A DNA stretch of 64,000 bases from Methylovulum sp. (lineage in GTDB: Bacteria; Pseudomonadota; Gammaproteobacteria; Methylococcales; Methylomonadaceae). Numbering within the stretch: position 1 is the first letter of the stretch; every line of letters starts with the position of its first letter. This document shows, piece by piece, positions 1-10,193 of this stretch. Made by a program: the position numbers and the translations under genes. The stretch covers positions 4,293 through 68,292 of the forward strand of contig NZ_JAQTZU010000004.1 of assembly GCF_028687615.1 (NCBI RefSeq), written 5' to 3'. The notes under the pieces were generated by a model that ran no database searches, was not told the origin of the DNA, and was given only the letters and a program-made list of their open reading frames with translations.

Positions 1-142
1 ATCTGTCTAATCAGGAAACGTGATGGAACGGGTTATAAGCCCGCCAACAGCGGAGCTTCCTTAAGGAAACCCTGAATAAGTCTTCTGGCAAATTTAGGGC
101 AAAGGGCATGAACGAATTCAACTTGTGCCGCGTTTTTAACAA

Positions 143-1357
143 TCAAGCCGGCTCATCCAACAACCAAGCCGGAAAATCATCTTGATAGCTTTCCCAGTGG
201 CTCTTACCTGCCGACAATTCCGCAGCCGTCAACAAACAGGCGTCCAACTCCCGGCACGCCTGATCGACATTGATGTTTTGCCCGATAAACACCAATTCTT
301 GGCGGCAGTCACCATAGGGGGCTTGCCAATTTGCCATGATGTCATCGACGTTTTCTTCAGGCCATTCGTTTTTGGGTACTGATGCCCACCAGCGTCCGGC
401 GCAGCCGTGCTGCATCATGCCGCCGGCTTGTGACCATTGCCCGACCCAATCAGGTCGCGATGCCAACCAGAAAAAACCTTTCGAACGCAATAAAGTGCCG
501 TTATTCCAATCGCCAAAATGCAGGTAATCGTAAAAGCGTTGTGGATGGAAGGGGCGACGGGCGCGGTAGACAAAACTGGCAATACCGTATTCGTCAGTTT
601 CGGGCTGGTGTTCGCCACGCAATTCCTGCAACCAGCCTGGCGCTTGGGCGGCCTTGTCAAAATCAAAACGTCCGGTATTCAGTAGTTTTGCCAGTGGTGC
701 GTTCCCCATCACCATAGGGATAATTTCCGCATCACGGTTAAGGCTAGCCAATAAGGCTTGTAATTCCGCCAAATCAGTGCTGCTCACCAAGTCGGCTTTG
801 GCAATCAGAATCACATTGCTGAATTCAATTTGTTCAACCAACAAATCGGCAATATTGCGCTGGTCATCTTCCCCTGCAACTTCACCGATTTCCGCTAGAA
901 ACGGCGCTTCCAAATATTGCGTCATGAAATTCATCGCATCCACAACGGTGACCATCGTATCGAGCTTGGCAAGGTCGGATAAACTCACGCCAGCGTCATC
1001 ACGGAAGGTGAAGGTTTCGGCAATGGGCAGCGGTTCCGCGATGCCTGTCGATTCAATCAACAAATAATCAAAGCGCCCCGATTTCGCCAGTTCGGTGACT
1101 TCCAGCAACAAATCTTCACGCAATGTGCAGCAAATGCAGCCGTTGCTCATTTCCACCAATTTTTCTTCGGTGCGGTTCAGCACCCTTTCGTTTTTGACTA
1201 AGGCGGCATCAATATTGATTTCGCTCATATCGTTGACGATGACGATGACGGCAATTTTCAGCCCTTCGCGGTTGGCGAGGACTTGGTTTAATAACGTCGT
1301 TTTGCCTGCGCCTAAAAAGCCGGAAAGAACGGTGACGGGTAAGCGGTTTGTGGTCAT
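143..1357 (-). CDS. COG0523-family GTPase metallochaperone (CobW/ZigA/YeiR-like)
   Basis: 404-aa ORF with P-loop [12 protein letters not shown], CxCC metal motif GCICCTL and a CobW-type C-terminal domain. It lies downstream of a TonB receptor that sits behind a Zur-like box. Confidence 0.9.
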   Translation of the reverse strand: MTTNRLPVTVLSGFLGAGKTTLLNQVLANREGLKIAVIVIVNDMSEINIDAALVKNERVLNRTEEKLVEMSNGCICCTLREDLLLEVTELAKSGRFDYLLIESTGIAEPLPIAETFTFRDDAGVSLSDLAKLDTMVTVVDAMNFMTQYLEAPFLAEIGEVAGEDDQRNIADLLVEQIEFSNVILIAKADLVSSTDLAELQALLASLNRDAEIIPMVMGNAPLAKLLNTGRFDFDKAAQAPGWLQELRGEHQPETDEYGIASFVYRARRPFHPQRFYDYLHFGDWNNGTLLRSKGFFWLASRPDWVGQWSQAGGMMQHGCAGRWWASVPKNEWPEENVDDIMANWQAPYGDCRQELVFIGQNINVDQACRELDACLLTAAELSAGKSHWESYQDDFPAWLLDEPA

Positions 1358-1872
1358 AGTGTTTAAATCGGGTGTGTTTGCCCCGCTATTTGCTGTAGCG
1401 GAACAAGTGAAAAAATCTTCTAGCGGCGGCTAATACTTGGCCACCACGTTTAGGCATTTTCAAAAGAGGTTGCCGCAAAAATGATTTTTTGGATGAAGCA
1501 TTTGGCGGTAAGAGGCGCGTCCCAGGTTAATTTTTTATGGGCAGGTATCGGTACAATTCGGGTGATTTTTAATACGTTCATGTTTTACGCGTTCATCGTG
1601 ATTAGTGGCTAAGGATCATATCCGCGCTGTGTTTAGGCGCAGCAGGTTTTGCCATTTGCCAAATTGGGGTTTCAAGTATAAGCCCGTGGTGATGAGTCTT
1701 ACGCCGGACATAAGTGGATTGCCGTTACCGGCACCGATACAGGAATGAAACCGGAGAGAAACACCCCCTTACCTACAAGTTACGGCAATCCGCTTATGCC
1801 CGGTGCATTCCCTTGCTTTTTTTAGCAGGACGATTGTCAGAAAGTTGAATCAATTCCTCCACGCTATAATGG

Positions 1873-3966
1873 TCAATAATTCACCCTAAGCCCAATCTCC
1901 GCCCCCCTACCCGGTTCCGGCGCAAAATTACGCAAATACGAGGTCGAATTGCGGATATTTTCATCCAGCAAGTTATTGGCTTTGGCAAACACCATCACAT
2001 CCACGTCTTTGATTTGCTTGATGAGGTACTGGGTGCTGAGGTTTAGCTGCACATAACCAGCGGTGGCGGTGTCGAAATCGCCGGGACGGTCTTGGGCTTC
2101 GCCACGGGTCAGCCGCAGGTTGCTGTTCCAATCACCTTTGATATGGTCGAGTTGGAAACCGAAGCGTAACGGTGGCATTCGTGGCACGTCGCCGCCGGCG
2201 ACAAATTGCCCGCGTGTGTAGTCGCTGAACAAAGTCAAATCGACGAGTCCGTAGTGGTTTTCTATGAGCGGGAAAATCAGTTTGCCTTCATAGCCCATAA
2301 ACGTGGCATTGGCTTGGCGGCTTTCGACGACGGGCGAGCAAGGTGTGCCTACGGGGCAAATGCCGCCTTCTTCGGTGACAAACACCCCGCTACGTTGCTG
2401 GTAAATGTAATCGTTGGCCCAGTTGTGGAACAGATCGAATTCCGCGCGAAAGCCGTTGGCGTTGAATTTATAACCCAAATCCAAATTGTACGAAGTTTCT
2501 TCATGCAGCTTGATGTTGCCGATTTCAAAGCTGCGGGTGGCGTCGTGGTAGCCATTGGCGAGCAATTCCTGCACTTGCGGGGCGCGTTGCGAGCGGGTCA
2601 TGGCAAGGTTGACACTGTGATTATCGTTGATTTTCCACAGGCTGGACGCGGATGCGCTGACGGGAACGTAATTCAAATTACTCAAGCCTTCCGGGGCGAT
2701 AGTGGTATCTTCAACCCGAAAACCGAGTTGGTTATTCAGCATTCCGAATTTGAACGATTCGACGGCGAACACACCATAGCTATTGGTAAACGATTGCGGG
2801 ACGATGACGGAATTGCTGGATTTATCTATCGCGGCAAAATCGCTGGCTATGGCTTGGAAGCCTAATGCCCCGTGCAGCCCGGCAATGGGTTTGTGGGTCA
2901 GTTCCAAACGGCTTTCGTAAGTTTTGTTGGTGAAAAACGCGGCTTCTTGCCCATTGGGGATTTCGGTGTGTTGGTAATCGGTGTAGCCCAGTTTCATGCG
3001 TAGCGATTCGGCAAAGGCGAACGGATTTTTCAGTTCGCTTTTCAAATCGTATTTGCTTTGTTTGAGGGCTATGCGGGTGATTTCGCCGCCTGTGCCATCG
3101 GGGGCGATGCCGTAATTGTTTTCCAATCGGTTGATGGACACGCCCGCAAAACCAGGTTCGCCGATTAACGACAGACCTGCCGAACCGCTGATGGCATCGC
3201 TAGAGCTGTTGGCGATAAAGCCATTAGTGTTTTGCAGCGTGTCGGGCAAAGTTGGGTCAACTTGCCGCGCGGCGTTGATGTCTATCGCATTGCCGCCAAT
3301 ATCGACATTGCCCCGGTCACGGAAAAAGCCGTCGATATGGTAGGCGATGTGGTCTTTGCCGCCTTCCAGTTTCATGGTCGTGGCGGTTTCATCAGAGACG
3401 GAATCAAAACGTTGTTCCAACGCACCGACCCACAGGGATGTGGGAAGTGCGGCGGAAGGTCGGGAATCTTCGCCGCCGCCTAGGAGTTTTTCGGGCAGTT
3501 GTTCGGGGATGCGGTTATCGATGACATTGACCACGCCGCCGATTGCACCGCTGCCGTAGAGTAGCGTGGCAGGGCCGCGTAATACTTCAATACGTTCCGC
3601 CAGCAACGGTTCGACGCTGGTGGCATGGTCTGGACTGATCGCGGACACATCGTTACTGCCGATGCCGTTATTCAGAACCCGCACCCGTGGCCCGCTTTGC
3701 CCGCGTATAACCGGTGTGCCAACGCCGGGCCCAAAAGATTGGCTGGTTATGCCGAGTTCGTTTTTCAGAGTTTCGCCGATGCTGTGCCCGACTTTCAAAC
3801 GTAATTCTTCATCGCTTAGGATAGTGACGGGAAGCGTAGTATCGGAAACATTTTCTTGCAGGGGCGCAGTGACGACTATTTGCTCCAGTTCCGTTATAGA
3901 TGAAGTTTCCGCATAGACAGGTGTGCCAAATGCGGATAGACAAAGCATGGCGAGTTTTTTATTCAT
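1873..3966 (-). CDS. TonB-dependent outer-membrane receptor (ZnuD-like candidate)
   Basis: 697-aa ORF with signal peptide MNKKLAMLCLSAFGTPVYA, plug-domain motif IEVLRGPATLLYGSGAIGGVVNVI and a barrel ending in an aromatic residue (RVNY). Confidence 0.9.
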   Translation of the reverse strand: MNKKLAMLCLSAFGTPVYAETSSITELEQIVVTAPLQENVSDTTLPVTILSDEELRLKVGHSIGETLKNELGITSQSFGPGVGTPVIRGQSGPRVRVLNNGIGSNDVSAISPDHATSVEPLLAERIEVLRGPATLLYGSGAIGGVVNVIDNRIPEQLPEKLLGGGEDSRPSAALPTSLWVGALEQRFDSVSDETATTMKLEGGKDHIAYHIDGFFRDRGNVDIGGNAIDINAARQVDPTLPDTLQNTNGFIANSSSDAISGSAGLSLIGEPGFAGVSINRLENNYGIAPDGTGGEITRIALKQSKYDLKSELKNPFAFAESLRMKLGYTDYQHTEIPNGQEAAFFTNKTYESRLELTHKPIAGLHGALGFQAIASDFAAIDKSSNSVIVPQSFTNSYGVFAVESFKFGMLNNQLGFRVEDTTIAPEGLSNLNYVPVSASASSLWKINDNHSVNLAMTRSQRAPQVQELLANGYHDATRSFEIGNIKLHEETSYNLDLGYKFNANGFRAEFDLFHNWANDYIYQQRSGVFVTEEGGICPVGTPCSPVVESRQANATFMGYEGKLIFPLIENHYGLVDLTLFSDYTRGQFVAGGDVPRMPPLRFGFQLDHIKGDWNSNLRLTRGEAQDRPGDFDTATAGYVQLNLSTQYLIKQIKDVDVMVFAKANNLLDENIRNSTSYLRNFAPEPGRGAEIGLRVNY

Positions 3967-4246
3967 ATTTTAAGTGTCGGGGAAAGAGGCTATAGAAATG
4001 GTCAAACGGTGGATTATTGGCAAAAAATCTGGATATGATTAAAAGTGCAAAGTGACAAGTTTTTTCGCAGGGAAAAGATTGATGTGGGTTTCCCTTGCAC
4101 ACCAGTCCCAAACCCATCTTCTCCAGGAGAAAAAAAACAGACTAACCGGGTACCTTCTTGAAACCTTGCACTTTTAATCACACAAAAATCAGCCACTTCA
4201 TAATGGCCTTGTTGCCATCAACCCAAACAACACGGCTCATAAAATA

Positions 4247-4261
4247 TGTTATAACATAACA
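4247..4261. promoter_or_regulatory. Zur-box-like operator TGTTAT-AAC-ATAACA
   Basis: Perfect 6-bp inverted repeat with a 3-nt spacer. It differs at one spacer base from the enterobacterial Zur core TGTTATAATATAACA, and the flanks are AT-rich. It sits in the divergent region between the TonB receptor (ATG 3966) and the lipoprotein gene (ATG 4427). Confidence 0.65.
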
Positions 4262-4426
4262 TATTGCAAGTAATTTTTTCCCTGATGAAACAAGCTCCGC
4301 TATTCGGTAAACGGCGAATTCATATAATAAGTGCCATAACTTGCCTCATAAGCACTGATAAGCTAGTATTTCCGCATATCGAGTTTTTCAGCCACACCCA
4401 ACTTTAAACCGTAAGGAATATCTCTC

Positions 4427-5113
4427 ATGTTAAAAATCTATACCCTACTCATTCCGGCATTGCTGGCAGCAAGCTTGAGTGGCTGCGGAATGTTTCATAA
4501 TTACGAAGTTAAAGATGCCGATCTGGTTGATGTAAGCTACGACGCCGTTGATGACCTGCAAAAAAGGCTCACCCGAAAACCCGCCAAAAACTCCCTGATC
4601 ATCGTCACAACCTTATTGAATGTCGATAACCTTAACAAAACATCGGCTTTTGGCCGGATCGTTTCTGACCAAATCGCCTCGGCTTTCCATCAAGCCGGCT
4701 ATCAAATCATCGGCATGGAACTGCCCATTGATTTGTTTGTGATGCAAGAGGATGGCAGCTTGCATCTTTCCGATGACACCCAAAAATTGCTTAGACGTTA
4801 CCATGCCGCCGTCTTGGTTGGCGGGGTCTACGCTCCGGGCAAAAAGAATTCTTATGTGTCACTGCGCGTTATTGAAACCGCGACAAAAAATATCATTTCT
4901 TCAACGGATTACTCCATACCGATGGGACCGGATGCAAAATTGCTGATGTCGCCTAAGGATGTCGGCTCCGCCGGTACACGAGGCGAACCGCTTGCCGAGG
5001 AAGTAAAATCCGCCCCTGAGCCTGAAACCAGCGTAGTCGAAGAAAGCTCACCCGCTAAAACAGCAACTGAAAAGACCACAACAGAAAAAACCTCAAGCGA
5101 CAGCCTCGAATAA
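4427..5113 (+). CDS. Lipoprotein of unknown function (FlgO/TolB-N-like core, Thr/Glu/Lys-rich tail)
   Basis: 228-aa ORF with lipobox LSGC at residues 17-20 and a low-complexity C-terminus (TATEKTTTEKTSS). Confidence 0.6.
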   Translation: MLKIYTLLIPALLAASLSGCGMFHNYEVKDADLVDVSYDAVDDLQKRLTRKPAKNSLIIVTTLLNVDNLNKTSAFGRIVSDQIASAFHQAGYQIIGMELPIDLFVMQEDGSLHLSDDTQKLLRRYHAAVLVGGVYAPGKKNSYVSLRVIETATKNIISSTDYSIPMGPDAKLLMSPKDVGSAGTRGEPLAEEVKSAPEPETSVVEESSPAKTATEKTTTEKTSSDSLE

Positions 5114-5122
5114 GCATTTGGA

Positions 5123-6091
5123 TTAACGCTCCCTCACCAAGCGAAAACCCAGATTTGCCTGCCGCGCCCACGCCGTACTCCAGTTGCGGTAGGCGGCGCG
5201 CACTCTGGGCGCGTCGGCATTCCAGCCGCCACCGCGCATCACCAGCAAATCGTCAAAATCGGGTTTGGCGTTTAGGCAAACCTGTTCGGAACCGTTATAA
5301 GCTTCTTCATAACGTGAACACGTCCATTCCCAGACATTGCCCAACATATCGTGCAATTTCCATGAATTAGCCAGCAATCCCCCTACCGTGGCATAAAAAA
5401 ACTGCCCGTCGTCACATTCATGCCTTTGTTCCCAGGAGAGCGCCTTAATTTTTTTCTTATCGGCGACATTCGCATAACGGCAAGCAATGTCGGGATTATT
5501 TCCCCAATACCGCGCCGTTGTCGACCCTGCCCTGGCGGCATATTCCCATTCGGCTTCGGTAGGCAAACGATAATAGTGGCCAGATTCTTTGTTCAGCCAA
5601 TCAATATAAGCCTGCACATCATGGAAACTGACACATCCCACTGGCTGGTCGGATTTTAGGCTCAAGTCCTTGACGGGAGACCGCCAGTTTGCCCACTCCC
5701 ACCAGGCCCAATGTGGTTCGGCAGTATGGTCATAACTCCAGCAACCTTTTTCTTCGTTACCACGTTCAGCATCGGTCACAAAATGGGTGGCGTTGACAAA
5801 GTATTGGAATTCCTCGACGGTAATTTCGTATTTTGCCAACTTAAAACTTTTGACGCAGATTCTATGCAGGGTTTCGTTATCACCACGACCTTGTTCAGTT
5901 TCAGGACTCCCCATAAAAAAACAGCCCGAAGGCACAGCGGCCACATCGGGAACCAAGCCTGCACCGATATGACGTAAAGGCGTTTTTAAGGTCTTAGCCA
6001 ATTCGGCCCGCACAGGCAAGTTGATGGCAAAACCGCCCAGCAAAAATAGAAAAGTGACGTGGATAATCGACATGAAAAAGTTTGCAGGCAA
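5123..6091 (-). CDS. Formylglycine-generating-enzyme (SUMF1/FGE-sulfatase) domain protein, secreted
   Basis: 322-aa ORF with a hydrophobic N-terminus and motifs RLPTEAEWEYAARAG, MLGNVWEWT, RGGGW and GFRLV typical of the FGE-sulfatase fold. Confidence 0.85.
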   Translation of the reverse strand: MPANFFMSIIHVTFLFLLGGFAINLPVRAELAKTLKTPLRHIGAGLVPDVAAVPSGCFFMGSPETEQGRGDNETLHRICVKSFKLAKYEITVEEFQYFVNATHFVTDAERGNEEKGCWSYDHTAEPHWAWWEWANWRSPVKDLSLKSDQPVGCVSFHDVQAYIDWLNKESGHYYRLPTEAEWEYAARAGSTTARYWGNNPDIACRYANVADKKKIKALSWEQRHECDDGQFFYATVGGLLANSWKLHDMLGNVWEWTCSRYEEAYNGSEQVCLNAKPDFDDLLVMRGGGWNADAPRVRAAYRNWSTAWARQANLGFRLVRER

Positions 6092-6251
6092 AAATTAAAT
6101 TATCGCATGTTCCGTAACCAGACTTCCCTCTCCTTTCATAGGGTAAGTCAAACAACAATTCCGTTTGAAAACCTACAAAGTCTATCTTGCAATTAATATC
6201 TGCGGACAATTTAGGTATGATGCGGTAATTATTACCAGCTCATCCTACGAT

Positions 6252-9134
6252 ATGCCACTGAATAAAAGCCTACAATCCGAATTGCAAAACTTGCCCGACT
6301 CCTTGCGCGAAACTATCGCCCCATTATTGCAACAATGGCAGGAAAAACTCGGCCAGCTAAATCTGGACATTCCCACCTCGCCGGAATTGACCAGCCTGCC
6401 CAAAGTGTGGGCCGGCAGCCAGTTTATTGCGGAAACTTGCTTGCGGCAGCCGGAATTGCTGTTGGATTTAATAGCCACTGGTGATTTGTCAACACCTTAT
6501 GCGGAATCGTCTTTTAACGAAAAGTTACAATTACTCGCCATAAGCGATGAAGCGGAGTTAATGCGCCAGCTCCGGCACAACCGGCGGCGCGAGATGGTCA
6601 GGATAGCGTGGCGGGATTTGGCGGGCTGGGCGCAATTGTCTGAAACGCTGATGGATTTATCGCGCCTGGCAGATGCCTGCATCCAATTCGCCTTGGATTT
6701 TCTGTACACACAAGCCTGTGCGAAACGTGGCGCCCCCTTACTGCCGGATGGCAGCCCACAGCAGCTTATCGTGCTGGGCATGGGCAAACTCGGCGCCTAC
6801 GAGCTGAATTATTCCTCCGACATCGACCTGATTTTTGCCTACCCCGAAGAGGGTGTCTTGCCTGACCGCAAAGCCACGAGTTACGGCGAATTTTTCACCC
6901 GTTTATGCCAAAGCCTGGTCAAAGTCTTGGATGAAATTACCGTGGACGGCTTTGTATTCCGCACCGACATCCGTCTGCGGCCTTATGGAGACAGCGGCGC
7001 GGTGATCATGACGTTTGACGGCATGGAGCATTATTACCTGACCCAAGCGCGGGAGTGGGAGCGTTACGCGATGATCAAAGCCCGGCAAGTCGCCGGCGAT
7101 TTTACGATGGGGGCGCAGTTGATGGGTATGTTACGGGCCTTTGTCTACCGGCGTTATCTTGATTATGGCGCGTTTGAAGAATTGCGCTCGTTGAAAGCCC
7201 AAATCACCCAAGAATTGCGCCGTAAAGACCGCCTCGACAACGTCAAGCTCGGCGCGGGCGGTATCCGCGAAGTGGAGTTTATCGGCCAAGCGTTCCAACT
7301 TATCCGGGGCGGTACTGAAAAATCCCTACAACAACGCGGTATCCTGGATATTTTAAAAAGGCTAGGCGAGCTGAATTTGCTCACGCCTGCCGACACCGAA
7401 CAACTTATTTCGTCTTACGGCTTCCTGCGCCGTGTCGAAAACCATATCCAGCAATATCAAGACAAGCAATGCCACGATTTGCCAACCAACCCGACCGCCC
7501 AAACCAGCCTGGCCTATTCACTGGATTTTTCTGATTGGAACCATTTTAAAACCGCCTTGGACAGCGTCAGAAGCCAAGTCCATAGTGTTTTTGAACAAGT
7601 CTTCTCATTATCCAAACCGGAATCAAGCGACAGCCACGGGCTGCATATTTGGTCAGAAAATGCCGATGAAGCCGATTTACTGGAACAACTTGGACAATGT
7701 GGGTTCACCAGACCACAAGCCAGCCTGACCGCCATCCGGCAATTCAAACAAGCCGCGCCGATTAAACGTTTGAGCGCCAAAGGCGCGGCGGTGTTGGATC
7801 GCTTAATGCCGCTATTGTTAGATGCCCTGCCCGTCCAGACCCACCCTGACCAAACCTTAAAACGGGTCTTGACCTTGTTTGAAGCTGTCGCCGGACGGGC
7901 AGTGTATTTGTCGCTACTGGCAGAAAATCCCGATGCGTTGGCACAATTGTTACGCTTGATTTCCGCCAGCGCATGGCTAAGTGATTATTTGGCGCGTTAC
8001 CCCATTTTGTTTGATGAACTGCTTGATCCGCGCACGTTATTTGCCCCCTTGCAAAAACAGGATTTGGACGCGCAACTGGCGATATTGCTCACCCCGATAG
8101 ACAACCAAGACCTTGAAGCGTTGATGACCGTCCTGCGCCAATTCAAGCAACAGCAAGTATTGAAAGTCGCCGCCGCCGACATCATGGGCGTGGTTCCATT
8201 GATGGTGGTCAGTGATTATCTGACCTATATCGCCGAAAGCGTGGTCGGGCAAGTCGTCAAACGGGCATGGCTGATGCTGACTGAAAAACATGGCTTCCCG
8301 CCGGTAAGCCAAGAAAGTGGCGAAGTTAGCCCTGGTTTTGCTGTCTTGGGACTCGGAAAATTTGGCGGTATCGAATTGGGCTATGGTTCCGATTTGGATT
8401 TGGTGTTTATTTGCGATTACGCCGATGGCCTGGCAATGACCGATGGTGCAAAACCGCTGTCCTGCACCCAGTTCTACGGGCGTTTAGGCCAAAAAATCAG
8501 GCACATCCTCGACACCAAATTGCTGTCCGGCATTTTGTATGAAATCGACATGCGCTTACGCCCGAACGGTGATTCCGGCTTGCTAGTGACCCACATCAAC
8601 ACCTACGAAGACTACCTCCGCAACCAAGCCTGGACCTGGGAACACCAAGCCTTGGTCAGAGGCCGCTTTATTGCAGGCGACACCCGTTTGCAAACGGGTT
8701 TTGAAAAGTTGCGCCATGCTATTTTAGGCTTGCCCAGAAACCTTGAAAACTTAAGGGCCGAAGTCCGCGACATGCGCGAAAAAATGCGCCTAGCCCTTGT
8801 GAACAACGAACTTGGGAAATTTGACCTCAAACAAGGCAACGGTGGCATCGCCGATATTGAATTCATCGTGCAATTTCTGATACTGGCCCATGCTGCAAAC
8901 CACCCCGCGTTGACCGTTTACACCGACAACATCCGCTTATTGGAAAATCTGGGAAGCCAAGGCTTGCTTCCCGAAACCACAGTCACCACGCTAAAAACGG
9001 CGTATTGCGAATACCGGGATTTAGGCCATAAACTGGCGCTACAAGACAGCCTCGCCCTGGTTGATGAAAGGGAAGTTGCCGAATTGAAACAGTCGGTCGG
9101 GCACATTTGGGATCAAGTATTAATTTTCCCGTAA
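6252..9134 (+). CDS. glnE: Bifunctional glutamine synthetase adenylyltransferase/adenylyl-removing enzyme
   Basis: Two GlnE nucleotidyltransferase repeats (LGMGKLGAYELNYSSDIDLIF and LGLGKFGGIELGYGSDLDLVF). The ORF-track start at 6165 is trimmed to ATG 6252 (MPLNKSL). Confidence 0.93.
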   Translation: MPLNKSLQSELQNLPDSLRETIAPLLQQWQEKLGQLNLDIPTSPELTSLPKVWAGSQFIAETCLRQPELLLDLIATGDLSTPYAESSFNEKLQLLAISDEAELMRQLRHNRRREMVRIAWRDLAGWAQLSETLMDLSRLADACIQFALDFLYTQACAKRGAPLLPDGSPQQLIVLGMGKLGAYELNYSSDIDLIFAYPEEGVLPDRKATSYGEFFTRLCQSLVKVLDEITVDGFVFRTDIRLRPYGDSGAVIMTFDGMEHYYLTQAREWERYAMIKARQVAGDFTMGAQLMGMLRAFVYRRYLDYGAFEELRSLKAQITQELRRKDRLDNVKLGAGGIREVEFIGQAFQLIRGGTEKSLQQRGILDILKRLGELNLLTPADTEQLISSYGFLRRVENHIQQYQDKQCHDLPTNPTAQTSLAYSLDFSDWNHFKTALDSVRSQVHSVFEQVFSLSKPESSDSHGLHIWSENADEADLLEQLGQCGFTRPQASLTAIRQFKQAAPIKRLSAKGAAVLDRLMPLLLDALPVQTHPDQTLKRVLTLFEAVAGRAVYLSLLAENPDALAQLLRLISASAWLSDYLARYPILFDELLDPRTLFAPLQKQDLDAQLAILLTPIDNQDLEALMTVLRQFKQQQVLKVAAADIMGVVPLMVVSDYLTYIAESVVGQVVKRAWLMLTEKHGFPPVSQESGEVSPGFAVLGLGKFGGIELGYGSDLDLVFICDYADGLAMTDGAKPLSCTQFYGRLGQKIRHILDTKLLSGILYEIDMRLRPNGDSGLLVTHINTYEDYLRNQAWTWEHQALVRGRFIAGDTRLQTGFEKLRHAILGLPRNLENLRAEVRDMREKMRLALVNNELGKFDLKQGNGGIADIEFIVQFLILAHAANHPALTVYTDNIRLLENLGSQGLLPETTVTTLKTAYCEYRDLGHKLALQDSLALVDEREVAELKQSVGHIWDQVLIFP

Positions 9135-9146
9135 GTTTTGCATTCT

Positions 9147-10193
9147 TTAGCGTTGCGCTTGCCTATACAGTAAGCCAGGCTTAATGGAGATTTGCATTGG
9201 ATTGCTGGCAATTTCCCGTGCCGCCAGAAATTGCGCGTAATAATTGCGGGAAGCGAATCCAAACGCCGGGCCGTTATAAGCCTTGACGATACGGACAAAA
9301 TCCCGGCCCACGGTATTTTGCGCCCGTCTCATGCCGCCAACACCGTGGTTGTAGGAAGTAATCGCTGTCGGCCAATCCCCCAGTTTGCGGTAGGCGAAAC
9401 TCAAATAACGGGCCGCACCAAGCGCAGATGCAAAAGGATCCAAGCGTTTGTCAACCCTATCGCCACCGGGCATGAAGGTTTTCGCCGCGCCTTTGGTGAA
9501 TTGCCACATGCCTACCGCACCTGCGGAAGATTTGGCGGACGGTTGGAACGAAGATTCAACATGAGGCAATAAGGCCAATTCTTCCGGCAAGCCCGCATCA
9601 CGGAATATTTTTCTAAATTGCCGTTCATAGCGGCGGCTTATCTCCAGCCCTTTCATAAACCGTTCCTGGGTGCCACGTTGTGGACGCACCCGTTCGGCTG
9701 CTCCGGTTAAAACACTGCCCAGTGGTCTGCCATTAGCTTGTAATTTGGGGATGATTCGCCTGTCGCTGGCATTCAACGGCATGTTATAGCGCAATTTATT
9801 CTCAAGGATTGCCAGTTGGGTTTTCCAAAAAGCGCGGCGTTGGCTGACCATTTCTTTTTGTTCGCTGGTCAGGCTTTCGCCGACATCCCCTGGCAACACC
9901 ATCACTTCGTAGATCACATCCAAATAACGGTCATCGTGAAATGCCACTTCCGAGCGACGCCACTCCACATAGGTTTTGCGCCAGAATTCCACCGCCGGTT
10001 CCAGCTCACCGGGTTTGTGAAATGCATCGGAAAGGTTTGATTTATAGGAGCTTTGCGGAGGAAATGCCGGTTGGCTAATGGGATGGGAGGTGGCGATATG
10101 GTCACTTTTGATCGTTGGTTCCGTGCTGGTACAAGCATTCAACACGAACACAAGCACTGCCAAAAACCCAATACGCTTAATTAATCGGTTCAT
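9147..10193 (-). CDS. Lytic transglycosylase lipoprotein (SLT domain, MltD-like without LysM)
   Basis: 348-aa ORF with lipobox LNAC and SLT catalytic motif VESSFQPSAKSSAGAVGMWQF. Confidence 0.8.
   Translation of the reverse strand: MNRLIKRIGFLAVLVFVLNACTSTEPTIKSDHIATSHPISQPAFPPQSSYKSNLSDAFHKPGELEPAVEFWRKTYVEWRRSEVAFHDDRYLDVIYEVMVLPGDVGESLTSEQKEMVSQRRAFWKTQLAILENKLRYNMPLNASDRRIIPKLQANGRPLGSVLTGAAERVRPQRGTQERFMKGLEISRRYERQFRKIFRDAGLPEELALLPHVESSFQPSAKSSAGAVGMWQFTKGAAKTFMPGGDRVDKRLDPFASALGAARYLSFAYRKLGDWPTAITSYNHGVGGMRRAQNTVGRDFVRIVKAYNGPAFGFASRNYYAQFLAAREIASNPMQISIKPGLLYRQAQR

Noticed and set aside
1704-1803. Possible cobalamin riboswitch upstream of the CobW-family gene. The minus strand contains AAGGGAA...CCGG...GCCGTAACTTGTAGG, vaguely like the AGGGAA / GCCACTG boxes.
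   Set aside because: The B12-box and the conserved GGTG..AATCC core are not present. The locus has a strong Zur box and a CxCC COG0523 protein, which points to zinc rather than cobalamin. I kept it only as an unexplained hairpin.
2206-2865. 219-aa ORF antisense to the TonB receptor. Similar long antisense ORFs occur at 33633-34199, 41497-42000, 40912-41466, 45727-46251 and 46644-47220.
   Set aside because: These are classic shadow ORFs opposite GC-rich, strongly supported genes. Their translations are low-complexity (Arg/Gly/Ala/His-rich) with no motifs.
6165-6251. N-terminal 29-codon extension of glnE given by the ORF track.
   Set aside because: The extension (MKTYKVYLAINICGQFRYDAVIITSSSYD) lies in AT-rich promoter-like DNA and is not GlnE-like. 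The ATG at 6252 gives a typical N-terminus.
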